Assembly: GCA_002633005.1 (NCBI GenBank)
Contig: NMRA01000295.1
Span: forward strand, 438,240 to 502,239
Direction of reading: 5' to 3'
Source: Phoronis australis
Taxonomy: Eukaryota; Animalia; Phoronida
DNA length: 64,000 nt
Positions 62,711 through 64,000 of this stretch are shown here, one piece after another (position 1 is the stretch's first letter; the number at the start of each line of letters is the position of its first letter). The notes below the pieces were generated by a model that saw only the letters and a list, made by a program, of their open reading frames with translations, was not told the origin of the DNA and made no database searches. A program made the translations under genes and the position numbers.

Positions 62711-64000
62711 TTTGTTGATCAAAATGGAATATTATAAGCATTTTCCGCAGGCATGCTCGCAGATTTTTGAGAGATATCCGGGAAAAATAGGGCATTCATA
62801 GTAAGGGGAATTTTTGCTCATTTCCGAGGTACTTACAGCGGTTCATGAGTTGCACTTGACCTCAAAATTGAAATATTTGTTTATTATTGCCAGTATTTGA
62901 GTACACTCGTTCAACATGTACACGGTCACCCCAATCGTAGCCTCGACAGCAATGTTTTCCACATTCTTGTGATACTATTGGAAACAATAACCGTGATTAT
63001 TCTATAACTAACCATCGGAAATAGTCCTTTTGTGTAATTAACAGATAGTGGTCTTCACGTTCTTCAAAATTCCACCCTTTCGATGGCGGTCAATCATATT
63101 GTATTTTTTCACATTTTTGGTCGAGTCGAATGTCTCGATACTACTGTGCTGAGCACGAATGTTTTGTGTTTTTTCATGAATTTGGAATCTCAGCTTCCCT
63201 CGTGAATACTTGGCAGTGTCCGGCAGACTTACATGTATAGAGGGACAACGGGACATTTCCCCGAACTGCTCCACCGCGAGAGAGGGTCCCGTCTGAAATG
63301 GGACACCTTAATTATGAAAGGCTAACCATCATTGAGCTTCACAGTGACAATTCATTCCCGAGACAGTCGTGTGGACACAAGACGGTGCAGGAAGTGACCT
63401 TCCTCAACATATGAAAGTCGGTTGTACGAGTTCGCGAAAAACAGGACAATAGACGTAATCGAGCCCAACTTTGGGTCTTCTCTCCGTGAGTGGACCCGAA
63501 CTTGTCAATAAAAACATAAAAAAGTGGCCACTTGAATGTCATCAATGGCCTCCTCCATGGGTGGGGCCGAGTCAATATGAAAATATCTATATTTTGAAAA
63601 ATCATGAAATGCGAAGCAATTGATGACATCTGTCAGATCATCACTTTTTCTCAAGTGATATACAATTGGAGAAAAAAGCGACATTTGTCTCCGTTATAGC
63701 TTGCCAGTATAGGGGCTCTGGAAAAATGAGGTTTTGCACTCGCAAAATTGACTTATTGAATTTAAAAACCAGTAAATTAATACGCTCCGCAAAAGCTTTC
63801 CCTTTACAATTTTTTTTCGATTTTTCAAAATATATGCATGAAAGATTACGTGCACGTTTTCAATTGCGTTTAGACGATCTGTGTTGCGAAAGCAGAGACC
63901 CAATGCCCGCGGCCCTGGCCAGCCGGGTCTTCACAAACTGGTTAACCATGCACTGATACAGAGTTGTTAAATGTTCTCTTGAATTTTCTCTCTTATCCGC

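Overview
Eukaryotic (metazoan, invertebrate-like, AT-rich) genomic DNA with spliceosomal GT-AG introns; there is no prokaryotic content and no CRISPR array, and most ORF-track entries are intronic noise. Genes reconstructed by hand from splice sites and reading-frame phase: (1) the last two exons of a probable SK-type Ca2+-activated K+ channel (KCNN, + strand); (2) a complete RPL36 gene (- strand, 105 aa, with a short 5'TOP-type first exon); (3) head-to-head with it across a compact promoter, a complete Bloom syndrome RecQ helicase gene (BLM, + strand, 25 coding exons, 1429 aa); (4) a convergent six-finger C2H2 zinc-finger gene (- strand). The RPL36 introns are packed with mobile DNA: Helentron/DINE-1-like non-autonomous elements carrying ~140-bp-period arrays of CTCF-like motifs, a TAGGGTG-terminated element with a 7-bp TSD nested in a foldback MITE, and a decayed LINE RT fragment. 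Two near-identical duplications (BLM exon 24 region, zinc-finger region) each abut a single N and look like two haplotypes assembled in tandem, which exposes 0.8- and 1.2-kb indel polymorphisms. I found no unambiguous novel protein-coding system. The best candidates for something undescribed are regulatory or structural: the TE-borne periodic CTCF-like arrays and the RPL36/BLM bidirectional promoter.
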